Source: an uncultured Chloroflexia bacterium (lineage in GTDB: Bacteria > Chloroflexota > Limnocylindria > Limnocylindrales > CSP1-4). Taken from it: a stretch of DNA of 64,000 nt. Made by a program: the position numbers and the translations under genes. Location: the NCBI GenBank assembly GCA_963713975.1, contig OY970218.1:928001-992000 (forward strand), given 5' to 3'. Positions 21,495 to 30,860 of the stretch are shown piece after piece. The notes under the pieces are model-generated. The model made no database searches, was not told where the DNA came from, and was given only the letters and a program-made list of their open reading frames with translations. Every line of letters begins with the position of its first letter. Positions within the stretch are counted from its first letter, which is position 1.

Positions 21495-21938
21495 GTGCAC
21501 ATTCGTCGCCGGGGCAGGCCGACAGGCCAGCGGAAGACACGAGGCCAGTCACTCGTGGAGTTCGCCCTCATCATCCCGGTCTTCCTGATGCTGGTCGCCG
21601 GCATGGTCGATCTCGGGGTGGGGCTCATCTCGTACATGACGATCATCAACGCAGCCCGTGACGGGGCTCGCGTTGGGGCGACCGCGTGCGCGGAAACCGC
21701 CCCTCCGTGCTCCTCCGTCGTCACCACTCGGGTCAATGCGGCGGCCGGTGGCGTGCCGGTCAGCAGCGTGCTGGTCTGCACGTCGCCGGCCGGCGCGACG
21801 ACCACGTGCAATGCGGGGGGGGCCAAGGACGGGGGCAGCGTCACGGTCAGGGTGTCCACCACCTACCACATGATCTGGCCGCTGGCATTTGGGGCGACGA
21901 TCCCGATGACCGCGTCCGCCAAGTTCCTGGTGCCGTAG
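21495..21938 (+). CDS. TadE-like pseudopilin
   Basis: RGQSLVEFALIIPVF...DLG...NAARDGAR; start estimated at GTG 21495. Confidence 0.88.
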   Translation: MHIRRRGRPTGQRKTRGQSLVEFALIIPVFLMLVAGMVDLGVGLISYMTIINAARDGARVGATACAETAPPCSSVVTTRVNAAAGGVPVSSVLVCTSPAGATTTCNAGGAKDGGSVTVRVSTTYHMIWPLAFGATIPMTASAKFLVP

Positions 21939-22029
21939 GGATGCGCTCGATGTCAATTCAGGACGACCGCCCGTTCGCCACGTACCGGGCCGGCAGGCCG
22001 TCGCGTAACGAGCCGATCGTGAGGGAGAC

Positions 22030-22503
22030 ATGTTGAGGCTCCACCGACGGCGATCGTCGTCGCACGCACGCGCTTCGCGGGGCCAGTCCCTGGTGGAGTT
22101 CGCCCTCGTCTTCCCCCTGTTCATCCTGCTGCTCGCGGCGATGGTCGATTTTGGGGTAGGGCTGTACGGCTACATGACGGTCACCAACGCGGTGCGGGAT
22201 GGGGCGCGCCTGGGGGCGACCGCGTGCACCGCGCTTTCGTGCACCAATGCGGTCAAGGCTCGCGTCACGGCCGCGTCCAACGGACTGGTGCAGCCGGGGG
22301 ACGTGTCCGTCAGTTGCACGACCGCGGCGGGCGGGCCGATCGCGTGCACCAGGAGCACGACGGTTCCCCCGGACCCCCAGAACGGCGCGATCAACGGCGA
22401 CAGTGTCACCGTCACGGCGTCGTACACGTATCACCTGATCTGGCCGCTGGCGTTCGGGACACAGATCCCGCTGACCTCGGCCGCAACGTTCATGGCCGAG
22501 TAG
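22030..22503 (+). CDS. TadE-like pseudopilin, close paralogue of previous gene
   Basis: RGQSLVEFALVFP; shares GATAC and YH(L/M)IWPLAFG.IP with upstream gene; GAGGGAG RBS. Confidence 0.9.
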   Translation: MLRLHRRRSSSHARASRGQSLVEFALVFPLFILLLAAMVDFGVGLYGYMTVTNAVRDGARLGATACTALSCTNAVKARVTAASNGLVQPGDVSVSCTTAAGGPIACTRSTTVPPDPQNGAINGDSVTVTASYTYHLIWPLAFGTQIPLTSAATFMAE

Positions 22504-22513
22504 AAGGGCTCAA

Positions 22514-24844
22514 GTGATGTTGAACGCACCCCGCGAACTCCTGACGGCCGCGCGTGCCCGACACCGATCGGACGGTGAACGGGGCCAGATCCTGGTCCTG
22601 TTCACCCTCGTGATCGTCATCCTCATGGTCTCCGCGGCCATCGTCATCGACGTCGGACTCCTTCGCACGGACACCGCGCGGCTGCAGAATGCCCTGGACG
22701 CCGGGGCGCTCGCGGCAGCGGATTCCCTTCCGGCGACCAGTGGGAACATCGCCGCGGTCGAGAGCACGGCCAGGGGCTACGTGCAGGCCAACTACGCCGG
22801 AGTCGCCGCGCCCGACACCTCGTTCCGCTGCATCATCGGTGCCGACCCGTCCGGAGCGCCGCGTCTCATCGACATGCCGGCCGTGTGCAACGTGGCCCAG
22901 GCATCGACGTGGACCTGCACCGCAAATGTGTGCTGGGCACCATGCGATCCCCGGGCACATTCGACGGATGTCTGCAACACCGTTGTCCTAAAGGATTCCG
23001 CGGTACGGCCGTACACCTTCGGCCGGGTGGTCGGCGTCAACAGCGGTAGCACCGGCACGCTGCAATCCGCCGCGTGCACGGGTGCCTGCGGACCAACGTC
23101 GCCACTTGACGCCGTGCTGACCATCGACCGGACCGGATCGATGAGAACCCGCGAGCAGCTCCTCGCCGACGGCGCTCGCGCGGTGCTTGAGGCGTGGGAC
23201 CCCGACATCCAGCATGTCGCGCTCGGCATGATCGGCCCCAGCTCTCAGTTGACAGCCTGTTCCACGGGTGCCTACGGCAGGATCCTGGAGAACGGCACGC
23301 TGACGTCACCGCCGATCGCCAGTGTCCAGTCGGCTGCCAACGCCAACGGCGGGGCCGCGAGCCTGGTGATCAACAGGCCGACGTCGACGTCAGCGGACGA
23401 CCTTCTCGTTGCCGGGATCACGGTCGATGGTGGCTCCGGAACCTCGGTCACCGCGCCGGCGGGCTGGACCCAGATCCGCAGGACCGACAACGGCACCAAC
23501 GTGACCGTGGTCTCGTTCTGGAAGCTGGCCGGCGCCTCTGAACCCAACAGCTACTCGTTCACGCTGTCACCGAACGCCCGAGCCGTGGGCGGCATCCTGC
23601 GTGTCACGGGCGTCGACACCGCGGACCCGATCGACCTGTCGGGCGGCAACACCGGGAACTCGAGGGATGTGCAGGCCCCGAGCATCACCACGACCAGCAA
23701 TCGCACCACGCTGATCGGGTTCTTCGGGACCGACACGCGCACGAGCTTCAATGACGCCGCCAGCATGACCGAACAGTTCGACCGACAGCATGGCAACAGC
23801 GCCGGCCCGACCCTGGCGGGCGATTCCGACCCGGCAGCCAGCACGGGTGCCACCACGAGCCGGATAGCCCGCGCCGGAGCCAGCGCCCAGTGGGCGGCCC
23901 AGATGATCGCGATCCGACCGGAGCCCGTGGAGAGCTACCCCGTCGGCTACCCCACGACGACCCCCGCCTACACCGACACTTTCCTGCGCGACAACATGTC
24001 CAAGTGGATCCCGGTCGGCCTGACCGGCACGTCGCACGCGGAGGTGATCGAGTCCTACAAGAACGCCGACGGCACCTACCGGGCCTCAAGCATGATCGCG
24101 AAGGCAATCGGCTGCGTTCTCCCCCCCAACGACCTGTACAACGGCACGGACCAGGCATCACCGTTCGACTTCGCGCGGCGGTACCTCCTGGACCACGGCC
24201 GGGCCGGCGTCCCGACCGGCATCATCTTCGAGACTGACGGCACCCCGCAGTTGCAGAACTACACCTGCCAGCAAGCCCAGACCGCAGCCAGCGCCGCCAA
24301 GGCGAGCGGCATCGAGGTCTATGTCATCGGGTTCTTCGCCTCGAACTCGCCGGGGACACGCTGTCCGGACAGCTCCGGAACCTGGCGCAACAGGACGATC
24401 GTCCAGTCCCTGGCAGCGATGGCGACCAACTCCTCCACGACCAGCAGCTCGAGCTGTGACGCCAACGAGAACACCGACGGCGATCACTTCTTCTGCACGC
24501 CGGATCCGGGCAGCCTCGCCGACGTGTTCCGTGCTGCGGCGGTCGCCCTGTCGGGAGGGAGTCGCCTGGTCCAGCTGTACCCGCAGCCGATCGTGACGTC
24601 CGTGTCGGGATCGAGCGGCAGCGCCGGTGGTGGAAGCGTCACGATCAGTGGCAAATACTTCACCGAGGCCTACTCGGTCACGTTCGGCGGGACGCCCGCC
24701 AGGTCGTTCACGGTGACCAGCGACACGTCCATTCACGCGATCGCGCCGCCGCACCCCAGCGGGACGGTTGACATCCAGGTGTCCACACCGGGAGGCTCGT
24801 CGAACATCACCAGCGCAGACCACTTCACGTACGGCGGGCCGTGA
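22514..24844 (+). CDS. TadG-like protein: Tad N-terminus, vWA domain with insertion, C-terminal IPT/TIG domain
   Basis: ERGQILVLF...QNALDAGALAAA; DRTGSM and ETDG MIDAS-like motifs; PIVTSVS...GG.VTISG..F...VTFGG...AP...GTVDI.V.TPGG. Confidence 0.85.
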   Translation: MMLNAPRELLTAARARHRSDGERGQILVLFTLVIVILMVSAAIVIDVGLLRTDTARLQNALDAGALAAADSLPATSGNIAAVESTARGYVQANYAGVAAPDTSFRCIIGADPSGAPRLIDMPAVCNVAQASTWTCTANVCWAPCDPRAHSTDVCNTVVLKDSAVRPYTFGRVVGVNSGSTGTLQSAACTGACGPTSPLDAVLTIDRTGSMRTREQLLADGARAVLEAWDPDIQHVALGMIGPSSQLTACSTGAYGRILENGTLTSPPIASVQSAANANGGAASLVINRPTSTSADDLLVAGITVDGGSGTSVTAPAGWTQIRRTDNGTNVTVVSFWKLAGASEPNSYSFTLSPNARAVGGILRVTGVDTADPIDLSGGNTGNSRDVQAPSITTTSNRTTLIGFFGTDTRTSFNDAASMTEQFDRQHGNSAGPTLAGDSDPAASTGATTSRIARAGASAQWAAQMIAIRPEPVESYPVGYPTTTPAYTDTFLRDNMSKWIPVGLTGTSHAEVIESYKNADGTYRASSMIAKAIGCVLPPNDLYNGTDQASPFDFARRYLLDHGRAGVPTGIIFETDGTPQLQNYTCQQAQTAASAAKASGIEVYVIGFFASNSPGTRCPDSSGTWRNRTIVQSLAAMATNSSTTSSSSCDANENTDGDHFFCTPDPGSLADVFRAAAVALSGGSRLVQLYPQPIVTSVSGSSGSAGGGSVTISGKYFTEAYSVTFGGTPARSFTVTSDTSIHAIAPPHPSGTVDIQVSTPGGSSNITSADHFTYGGP

Positions 24845-24873
24845 TGAACGCCTGAGGCGATTCTTGGGGACCT

Positions 24874-24903
24874 CGAACGGGGCGGCGCGAGCCGCCCCGT
24901 TCG
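24874..24903. terminator. Hairpin between convergent genes
   Basis: CGAACGGGGCGGC-GCGA-GCCGCCCCGTTCG: 13-bp perfect stem, GNRA loop, no strong U tract. Confidence 0.65.
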
Positions 24904-24958
24904 GATTCGGCAGGGGTCCCTGGGCTTCGTTCGCTGCCCCGCCGCCCGCGTTCGATCC

Positions 24959-26341
24959 CTAGTTGCGATCCCCCAGCGGCGCCCGGTCCGGGGCCAGCCG
25001 CGGCGGCGGCGCTCCACCCGCGAATCCGCGGGGGGCGTCCCCGCCCGGAGACCCGCCGTCCGGATCGCGCACCTCGCCGGAGCCCGCCCAGCGGTCGCTG
25101 ACCGGCCAGACCAGCCACACGCCGATGAGCATCGTCACGAGAAGGCTCAGGACGGCCACCTGGTAGGCGCCGTTGCCGATGGTCTCGACCAGCAGGAAGA
25201 TGGTTGCGCCGTACAGGAGCTGGCCGATGACCTGCGACCCCTTCCCGACCAGCCCGTACAGCCCGAAGAACTGACCGATCTTGGCGGGCGGTGACAGGCG
25301 GACCATCAGGACGCGATCGGCGACCTGGACGCCGCCGAGACCGCTGCCGAGGATCGCCCCGGCGATGAGGAACGGCACCAGCCCTGCCTCGCCAAACCCG
25401 ATCGCGACACCCCCCAGCAGAAGACCGAAGGCCCACGAGACGAGGACCCAGATGAGCGTCCGCTTCGGGCCCTGCCGGTCGGCGAGCCAGCCCCACACGA
25501 AGCTCATGAGGATGGCCACGAAGGTCAGCATCAGCAGGACCATGTTGGCGGTCGCCTCGCTGAGGCCCATCGTCTTCACCACCACGACGCTCATGACGAC
25601 GATGACGGTGTTGACCGCGTCCGAGTAGAAGAAGCGCCCGATCAGGAAGCGCCACAGCCCCGGCACCTCGCGGGCATCGGCGATCGAGCGCCTGAGCTGG
25701 CCGAAGGAGTGGACCACGTCGGAGCGGGTCAGCGGCTGCTCGTCGGGCCGGTGCGGCTCGCGCACGAACCAGAAGATGGGGATCGCGAACGCGAGGAACA
25801 GGATGGCGGTCAACCGGAACCGGTCCGCAACGGGGATGTCGAGGAGGAAGATGAGCAGCCCCACGAAGACCGTCCCGCAATAGCCGATCCCCGTCCCGAT
25901 GCCCGACAGGCGACCCCGCGTCTCCGGGGTGCTCACGGTCTTGAGCGTCGCGTCGTAGTAGATGAGGGCCGCCTGGTAGGCGAAGTTGGCGACGATGAAC
26001 AGGGCGACGCCGACGATCGGCGGGACGTCCGCGATGAAAAACGTGCCCCCGATGCACAGGGCGGTGAAGAACAGCAGGAACGGCATCCGGCGCCCGCCCC
26101 GGTCCGAGAAGGCTCCGAGGATGGGCGACACCAAGGCGTTGATCCCGACGCTGATAACGATCGCGATCGAGAGGACCAGGTTGCCGTCACGCTCGCCGAA
26201 CTGGTTGTCGTTGACGAGGTACAGCCCGATCGCCCCGGACACCACCGCGAACGAGAAGATGGTGTTGGCAAAGTCGTACAGCGTCCATGCGCCCTGGGCG
26301 AGCGGCCGGAGATTGGGGTCGGTCCTCGGGATCGCTGTCAT
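24959..26341 (-). CDS. MFS transporter (UMF1/Atg22-like)
   Basis: AWTLYDFANT, SPILGAFSDRGGRR, YYDATL, RFFYSDAVNT, QFFGLY; about 12 TM segments. Confidence 0.88.
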   Translation of the reverse strand: MTAIPRTDPNLRPLAQGAWTLYDFANTIFSFAVVSGAIGLYLVNDNQFGERDGNLVLSIAIVISVGINALVSPILGAFSDRGGRRMPFLLFFTALCIGGTFFIADVPPIVGVALFIVANFAYQAALIYYDATLKTVSTPETRGRLSGIGTGIGYCGTVFVGLLIFLLDIPVADRFRLTAILFLAFAIPIFWFVREPHRPDEQPLTRSDVVHSFGQLRRSIADAREVPGLWRFLIGRFFYSDAVNTVIVVMSVVVVKTMGLSEATANMVLLMLTFVAILMSFVWGWLADRQGPKRTLIWVLVSWAFGLLLGGVAIGFGEAGLVPFLIAGAILGSGLGGVQVADRVLMVRLSPPAKIGQFFGLYGLVGKGSQVIGQLLYGATIFLLVETIGNGAYQVAVLSLLVTMLIGVWLVWPVSDRWAGSGEVRDPDGGSPGGDAPRGFAGGAPPPRLAPDRAPLGDRN

Positions 26342-26513
26342 CAGCGCTGCCTCACTGCTTGGCCCCGGCGTGCTGGTCCGCCCGCACTGCGCGGGATCAT
26401 AGGCGCTGGAGCGGGCGGGGATCGGGGCGTTCCGGCGCGCCGGCGGGGCGCCGGCGGGGCGCCGGCGCCGCCGCCGTGCGCCCGGGCCGGGTGGGCGCGG
26501 TAGGATCGGCGCC

Positions 26514-27260
26514 ATGGACGATGAGCAGGCGGTGCTGGACCTCGCGATCGCCTGGCGGCCGCAACGCCCGGGCACGCGCGCGGTGAAGGACATCACGGAC
26601 GCCCTGGTGGAGCCCGAGTGGGGCGGCCTGCGGGTCGTCGCTGCCCTGACCGAGCACCGCGCCGTCCTCGTCCATGACGGTGCGGAGGTTCCGGTCCCGG
26701 ACGAGCTGCCGGCCGAGCTGGTCGCAGCATTCAGCGCGGTGGACGCCCTGGTCGAGGGCTACCTGACCACGGCGGCTCTCCAGAGTGGCGAGGGCGCGGC
26801 GCCCGCCCAGCAGAGGGTGGAGCGCCCGCCCTTCCTGATCCCGCGGGCCGTCCGCAAGAGCGTCAAGGACGACCCCTATGTCCGCGCGAGAGACTACGAG
26901 GCGCACGCCCAGAAGTTCGCGCCCGTGGTCCTCGAATTGCTCGAGCGCGGAGAGCGCCACGCGTTCGTCGCCAGCGATTTGCTGTGGCTCGACGGCCTGC
27001 CGCTGGACGACGTCCCGCTGCTGGAGCGCAAGCGGCTCCTCGACGGCGTCCTCGAGCCATCCTTCCTGGTGCGCGTTACGCCGCAGATCAAGCCGACGGC
27101 AATCCTCACCCTGGTGACGTGGGGGACGCTGGGCTTCGGGGAGCTCCACTACCGGGCGGCCAACAGCCGCTATCGCGCCGGGCTCGAGAACCCCGACTGG
27201 GCCGTCGGCCGGCCACCGGAGGGGCCGATGGGGCCACCGAGGGCGCCCATCAAGCGGTAA
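26514..27260 (+). CDS. ATP-dependent DNA ligase adenylation-domain homologue with degenerate catalytic motifs
   Basis: EPEWGGLR (cf. EPKWDGFR), SDLLWLDG.PL.D.PLLERKRLL, SRYRAG...DW; no OB domain. Confidence 0.7.
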   Translation: MDDEQAVLDLAIAWRPQRPGTRAVKDITDALVEPEWGGLRVVAALTEHRAVLVHDGAEVPVPDELPAELVAAFSAVDALVEGYLTTAALQSGEGAAPAQQRVERPPFLIPRAVRKSVKDDPYVRARDYEAHAQKFAPVVLELLERGERHAFVASDLLWLDGLPLDDVPLLERKRLLDGVLEPSFLVRVTPQIKPTAILTLVTWGTLGFGELHYRAANSRYRAGLENPDWAVGRPPEGPMGPPRAPIKR

Positions 27261-27293
27261 CCGTTGCCGAGCTCGGGATGGTAGGGTGACTGG

Positions 27294-28694
27294 GTGCCCG
27301 AGACGACCCTCACGCCCGCCATCCGGGAGGAGATCGCCCGCCTCGGCAAGGCCGACATCATGGTGGGCATCCCCAGCTTCAAGAACGCCGCCACCATCGG
27401 CTACGTGGTGCGTGCGGCGCATGCCGGGCTGGTCCAGTACTTCCCGGACCTCAAGCCGGTGCTCGTGAACTCCGACGCCGGGTCCCCGGACGGCACCCAG
27501 CGCGTGGTCGTGGAGACCGAGCCCCCGGACTACGTCGAGTCCATCCTGCTCACCCGGCCCACGAACCGGCTCGACCGCGTCACGCTCACCTACCCGGAGA
27601 TCGACGGCATCGGCGGCAAGGGTGCGGCCCTGCGGACCATCTTCGAGATCGCGGCGGCGCTGGACGTGCAGGCATTGGTGGTGGTGGACAGCGACCTGCG
27701 CAGCATCGTGCCAGAGTGGATCGAGCTGCTCGCCGGGCCCATCCTCAAGGGCGGGTACGACTACGTGGCGCCCCTGTACGCGCGCTACAAGTACGACGGC
27801 ACCATCACCAACACGGTCACCTACCCACTGACCCGGGCCCTATATGGCCACCGCATCCGCCAGCCCATCGGCGGCGACTTCGGCGTGAGCGGGGACCTCG
27901 TCCGGCACTACCTCGAGCTGGACGACTGGACCGACGACATCAGCAAGTTCGGCATCGACATCTGGATGACGACGTCGGCGCTCACCGGCGGCTTCGCCGT
28001 CTGCCAGACCCGCCTGGGCGCCAAGGTCCACGACCCCAAGGATCCAGGATCCGATCTCGGACCCATGTTCCGACAGGTCGTGGGCACGATCCTGCGCCTG
28101 GCCGCGACGCACCCCGATGCCTGGCTCAACGTGCGCGGCTCGCATGACGTCCCGGCCTATGGCTTCGAGCGGATCATCGACCCGCCGCCGCTCGAGGTGA
28201 ATGCGATCCGCCTCCTTACCGAGTTCCATGCGGGCTTGCTGACGCTCGCGGACACGTGGCGGCGGATGCTGGATCCGGGCAACGCGGAGACCGTTCTTGC
28301 GCTCGCGGCCGAGGCGGGCACGCTGGCCGAATCGGTGGCCCGGCGACTCGGCATGGGCGGCGAGGGCGACACGGTGCGGGTGAGCACGGTGGACATGGCC
28401 GAGGCCCTGGCGGCCTTCCACTTCCCCGACGAGCTGTGGGCCCGCGTCATCTACGACCTCGTGCTGGCGACGCGGCGCGGCGACATGGAGACCGGGACGA
28501 TGGTCGCGTCCCTGGTGCCGATCTACTTCGGGCGCGTCGGCAGCTTCGTGATCGAGAACCGCCACCTGACGACCGCCGACGCGGAGGAGCGCGTGGAACG
28601 TCAGGCGCGGCAGTTCGAGCTGCTCAAGCCGTACCTCGCCGAGCGCTGGCTGGCGATGGACGCCGCCGAGACGGGCCGGGGAGACGGCGTATGA
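27294..28694 (+). CDS. GT-A glycosyltransferase, glucosylglycerate/mannosylglycerate synthase (Ggs/Mgs)-like
   Basis: VGIPSFKNAATI, NSDAGSPDGT, GKGAAL, DSDLRSI.PEW, RYKYDGTITN, RQPIGGDFG, FGIDIWMT. Confidence 0.75.
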   Translation: MPETTLTPAIREEIARLGKADIMVGIPSFKNAATIGYVVRAAHAGLVQYFPDLKPVLVNSDAGSPDGTQRVVVETEPPDYVESILLTRPTNRLDRVTLTYPEIDGIGGKGAALRTIFEIAAALDVQALVVVDSDLRSIVPEWIELLAGPILKGGYDYVAPLYARYKYDGTITNTVTYPLTRALYGHRIRQPIGGDFGVSGDLVRHYLELDDWTDDISKFGIDIWMTTSALTGGFAVCQTRLGAKVHDPKDPGSDLGPMFRQVVGTILRLAATHPDAWLNVRGSHDVPAYGFERIIDPPPLEVNAIRLLTEFHAGLLTLADTWRRMLDPGNAETVLALAAEAGTLAESVARRLGMGGEGDTVRVSTVDMAEALAAFHFPDELWARVIYDLVLATRRGDMETGTMVASLVPIYFGRVGSFVIENRHLTTADAEERVERQARQFELLKPYLAERWLAMDAAETGRGDGV

Positions 28695-30613
28695 CCAGCG
28701 ATCCGCTTCCGTCCCGGATCCTCATCCCGGTCGCCAACCCGCTGACCGCGGAGGAGTTGATCCGCATCGGAGCCGCCCTGCTCGAGCCGCGCACGGGAGA
28801 GCTCACGGCCCTGGGCATCGTGGAAGTGGCCGAGGGCATGCCGCTGTCGGAGGGCGCCACGCGCGCCCGGCAGGCCCGCCGGCTGCTGCAGAAGGTCCTG
28901 GACTACGTCCCCGAGGGAACCGTAATCCATCCCCTCGTGCGGATCGGGCGCCATGCGGCGGCCGGCATCGTGGAGGCTGCCGCGGAGCAGGAAGCGGACC
29001 TGATGATCTTCGGCTGGGGCGGCAAGTCCGGGCCGCACCGCGACGCCAGCCGCCCGGTGATCAGCCCCACGATCGATGAGGTCGTGCGCGAGGCTCCCTG
29101 CAACATTGCCGTGGTCAAGCAGCGCGGCGCGCGCGAGGTCCGGCGGATCCTGGTCCCCGTACGCGGCGGTCCTCACGCGGAGCTCGCGCTGCGCCTCGCC
29201 GACGCCCTCGCGGTCCGGCACGGAGCTACGGTCGTGATCATGCACCTGGTGCCGGCCGGCGTGACGGAGGCGGTCCGCGCGCAGGCGGAGCGCGCCCTCG
29301 CCGCGTTCGGCCGCCAGTTCGTGACAGCGCACTCCGAGCCGGTGCTGCGCGAGGCGGCCAACGTCCGGTCCGCGATCCTGCGCGAGGCGGAGCGCGCGGA
29401 CCTCGTCGTGATGGGCGCGTCCGCGCCGCCCGGCGAGCCCGGCGGAGCCCTGTTCGGCCAGCTGCCGGAGGTCATCGCGCAGCGCGCCAAGTGCACCGTC
29501 ATCGTCGTCAAGACGCACGAGGTCATCGGTCGCCAGACCTTCGAGGCGCTCGCGCAGAAGGCGGAGACCCTCGTTGCCGCCGACCGGGCCGCAGAGGAGT
29601 CACGGGCGATTCCGGCGAAGGTGGACCGGTGGTTCGCGGAGGCGAACTTCCATCATTCGGAGTTCGGTGACCTGGCCCGCCTTGCCTCGCTCAAAGAGAA
29701 GCACGGCGCCACGGTCAGCCTCGTCCTGCCGACGCTCAACGAGGCCGACACGATCGGCCCGATCGTCCGCCGGGCGATCCGTGAGATGCAGGACCGCTAC
29801 CCGATCCTGGACGAGATCCTGGTGATCGACTCGGCGTCCACGGACGATACCCGGTCCATTGCCGAGGCCGAGGGAGCCCGCGTCGTCCAGCACCCCGACG
29901 TTCTCGCCCGCTACGGCTCGTTCCAGGGCAAGGGCGAGGCGCTCTGGAAGTCGCTCTACGAGACATCGGGCGACATCGTGGTCTGGGCCGACACGGATGT
30001 CCGCAACTGGCACCACCGAATGGTCTACGGGACGCTCGGACCGCTGCTGATGGAGCCCCGTCTCCAGTACGTCAAGGGCTACTACCAGCGCCCGATCGTG
30101 GAGGGCGGCGTCCTGAAGGAGGGCGGCGGCGGACGCGTGACGGAGCTGGTCGCCCGGCCGCTGGTCAACCTCTTCTTCCCGGAGCTGTCCGGCCTGATCC
30201 AGCCCCTGTCTGGGGAGTACGCCGGCCGCCGCTCGTTGCTGGAGCAGTTGCCGTTCTTCACCGGCTACGCGGTGGAGATCGGGCACCTGATCGATGCCCT
30301 GGACAAGGCCGGGCTCGGCGGGCTGGCGCAGGTGGACCTGGAGCGCCGGGTGCACCGCAACCAGGAGCTCGAAGGGCTGTCACGGATGTCGTTCGTCATC
30401 CTGCAGGCCGTCATGAAGCGCCTGGAGGAGCGGCGGCGGGTCCGCCTGTTCGCGGAGCTGGGCTCCACGATGAAGCTGCCGCGCTCCGGTCATGGCCGGC
30501 TGAGCCTCGAGGTGATGGAGCTGGCGGACAACGAGCGGCCACCGATGATCCGCATCCCCGAGTACCTGGAGAGGCGGCGCCTGGCCGGCGGTGACGTCGA
30601 GCCGGCCGACTGA
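28691..30613 (+). CDS. gpgS: Tandem USP domains fused to glucosyl-3-phosphoglycerate synthase
   Basis: RILIPVANP / RILVPVRGGPHA USP domains; LPTLNE, GKGEALW, DTD, GGGRVTELVARP, QPLSGEYA, HRNQ. Confidence 0.85.
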   Translation: MTSDPLPSRILIPVANPLTAEELIRIGAALLEPRTGELTALGIVEVAEGMPLSEGATRARQARRLLQKVLDYVPEGTVIHPLVRIGRHAAAGIVEAAAEQEADLMIFGWGGKSGPHRDASRPVISPTIDEVVREAPCNIAVVKQRGAREVRRILVPVRGGPHAELALRLADALAVRHGATVVIMHLVPAGVTEAVRAQAERALAAFGRQFVTAHSEPVLREAANVRSAILREAERADLVVMGASAPPGEPGGALFGQLPEVIAQRAKCTVIVVKTHEVIGRQTFEALAQKAETLVAADRAAEESRAIPAKVDRWFAEANFHHSEFGDLARLASLKEKHGATVSLVLPTLNEADTIGPIVRRAIREMQDRYPILDEILVIDSASTDDTRSIAEAEGARVVQHPDVLARYGSFQGKGEALWKSLYETSGDIVVWADTDVRNWHHRMVYGTLGPLLMEPRLQYVKGYYQRPIVEGGVLKEGGGGRVTELVARPLVNLFFPELSGLIQPLSGEYAGRRSLLEQLPFFTGYAVEIGHLIDALDKAGLGGLAQVDLERRVHRNQELEGLSRMSFVILQAVMKRLEERRRVRLFAELGSTMKLPRSGHGRLSLEVMELADNERPPMIRIPEYLERRRLAGGDVEPAD

Positions 30614-30641
30614 CCATGAGCCGCCGGATCAACGGCGCCAT

Positions 30642-30805
30642 CTGTGCGCCGCGTGCATGGTTTCTCGCCCGGGCAGCCCCTTCGGTGCGTTACGCGCACG
30701 GTCACGACACCGGAACCGGCCCCATCCGGCCGGATCACGTCTCGGCGATGCGCCCCACGCACGAACGGAGCATGAGACCCCGAAATCCGTGTACCCCACG
30801 CACAG
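30642..30805. repeat. 164-bp four-unit palindromic intergenic element, copy B
   Basis: GTGCG-N5-YRCA motifs start at 30644 and 30685 (+) and end at 30762 and 30803 (-); same geometry as copy A. Confidence 0.65.
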
Positions 30806-30860
30806 CCGTCCTCCTCGGGGCTTCGTCGGCTGGTGCCTGCCCATTGGTGGCGACCCGTCC

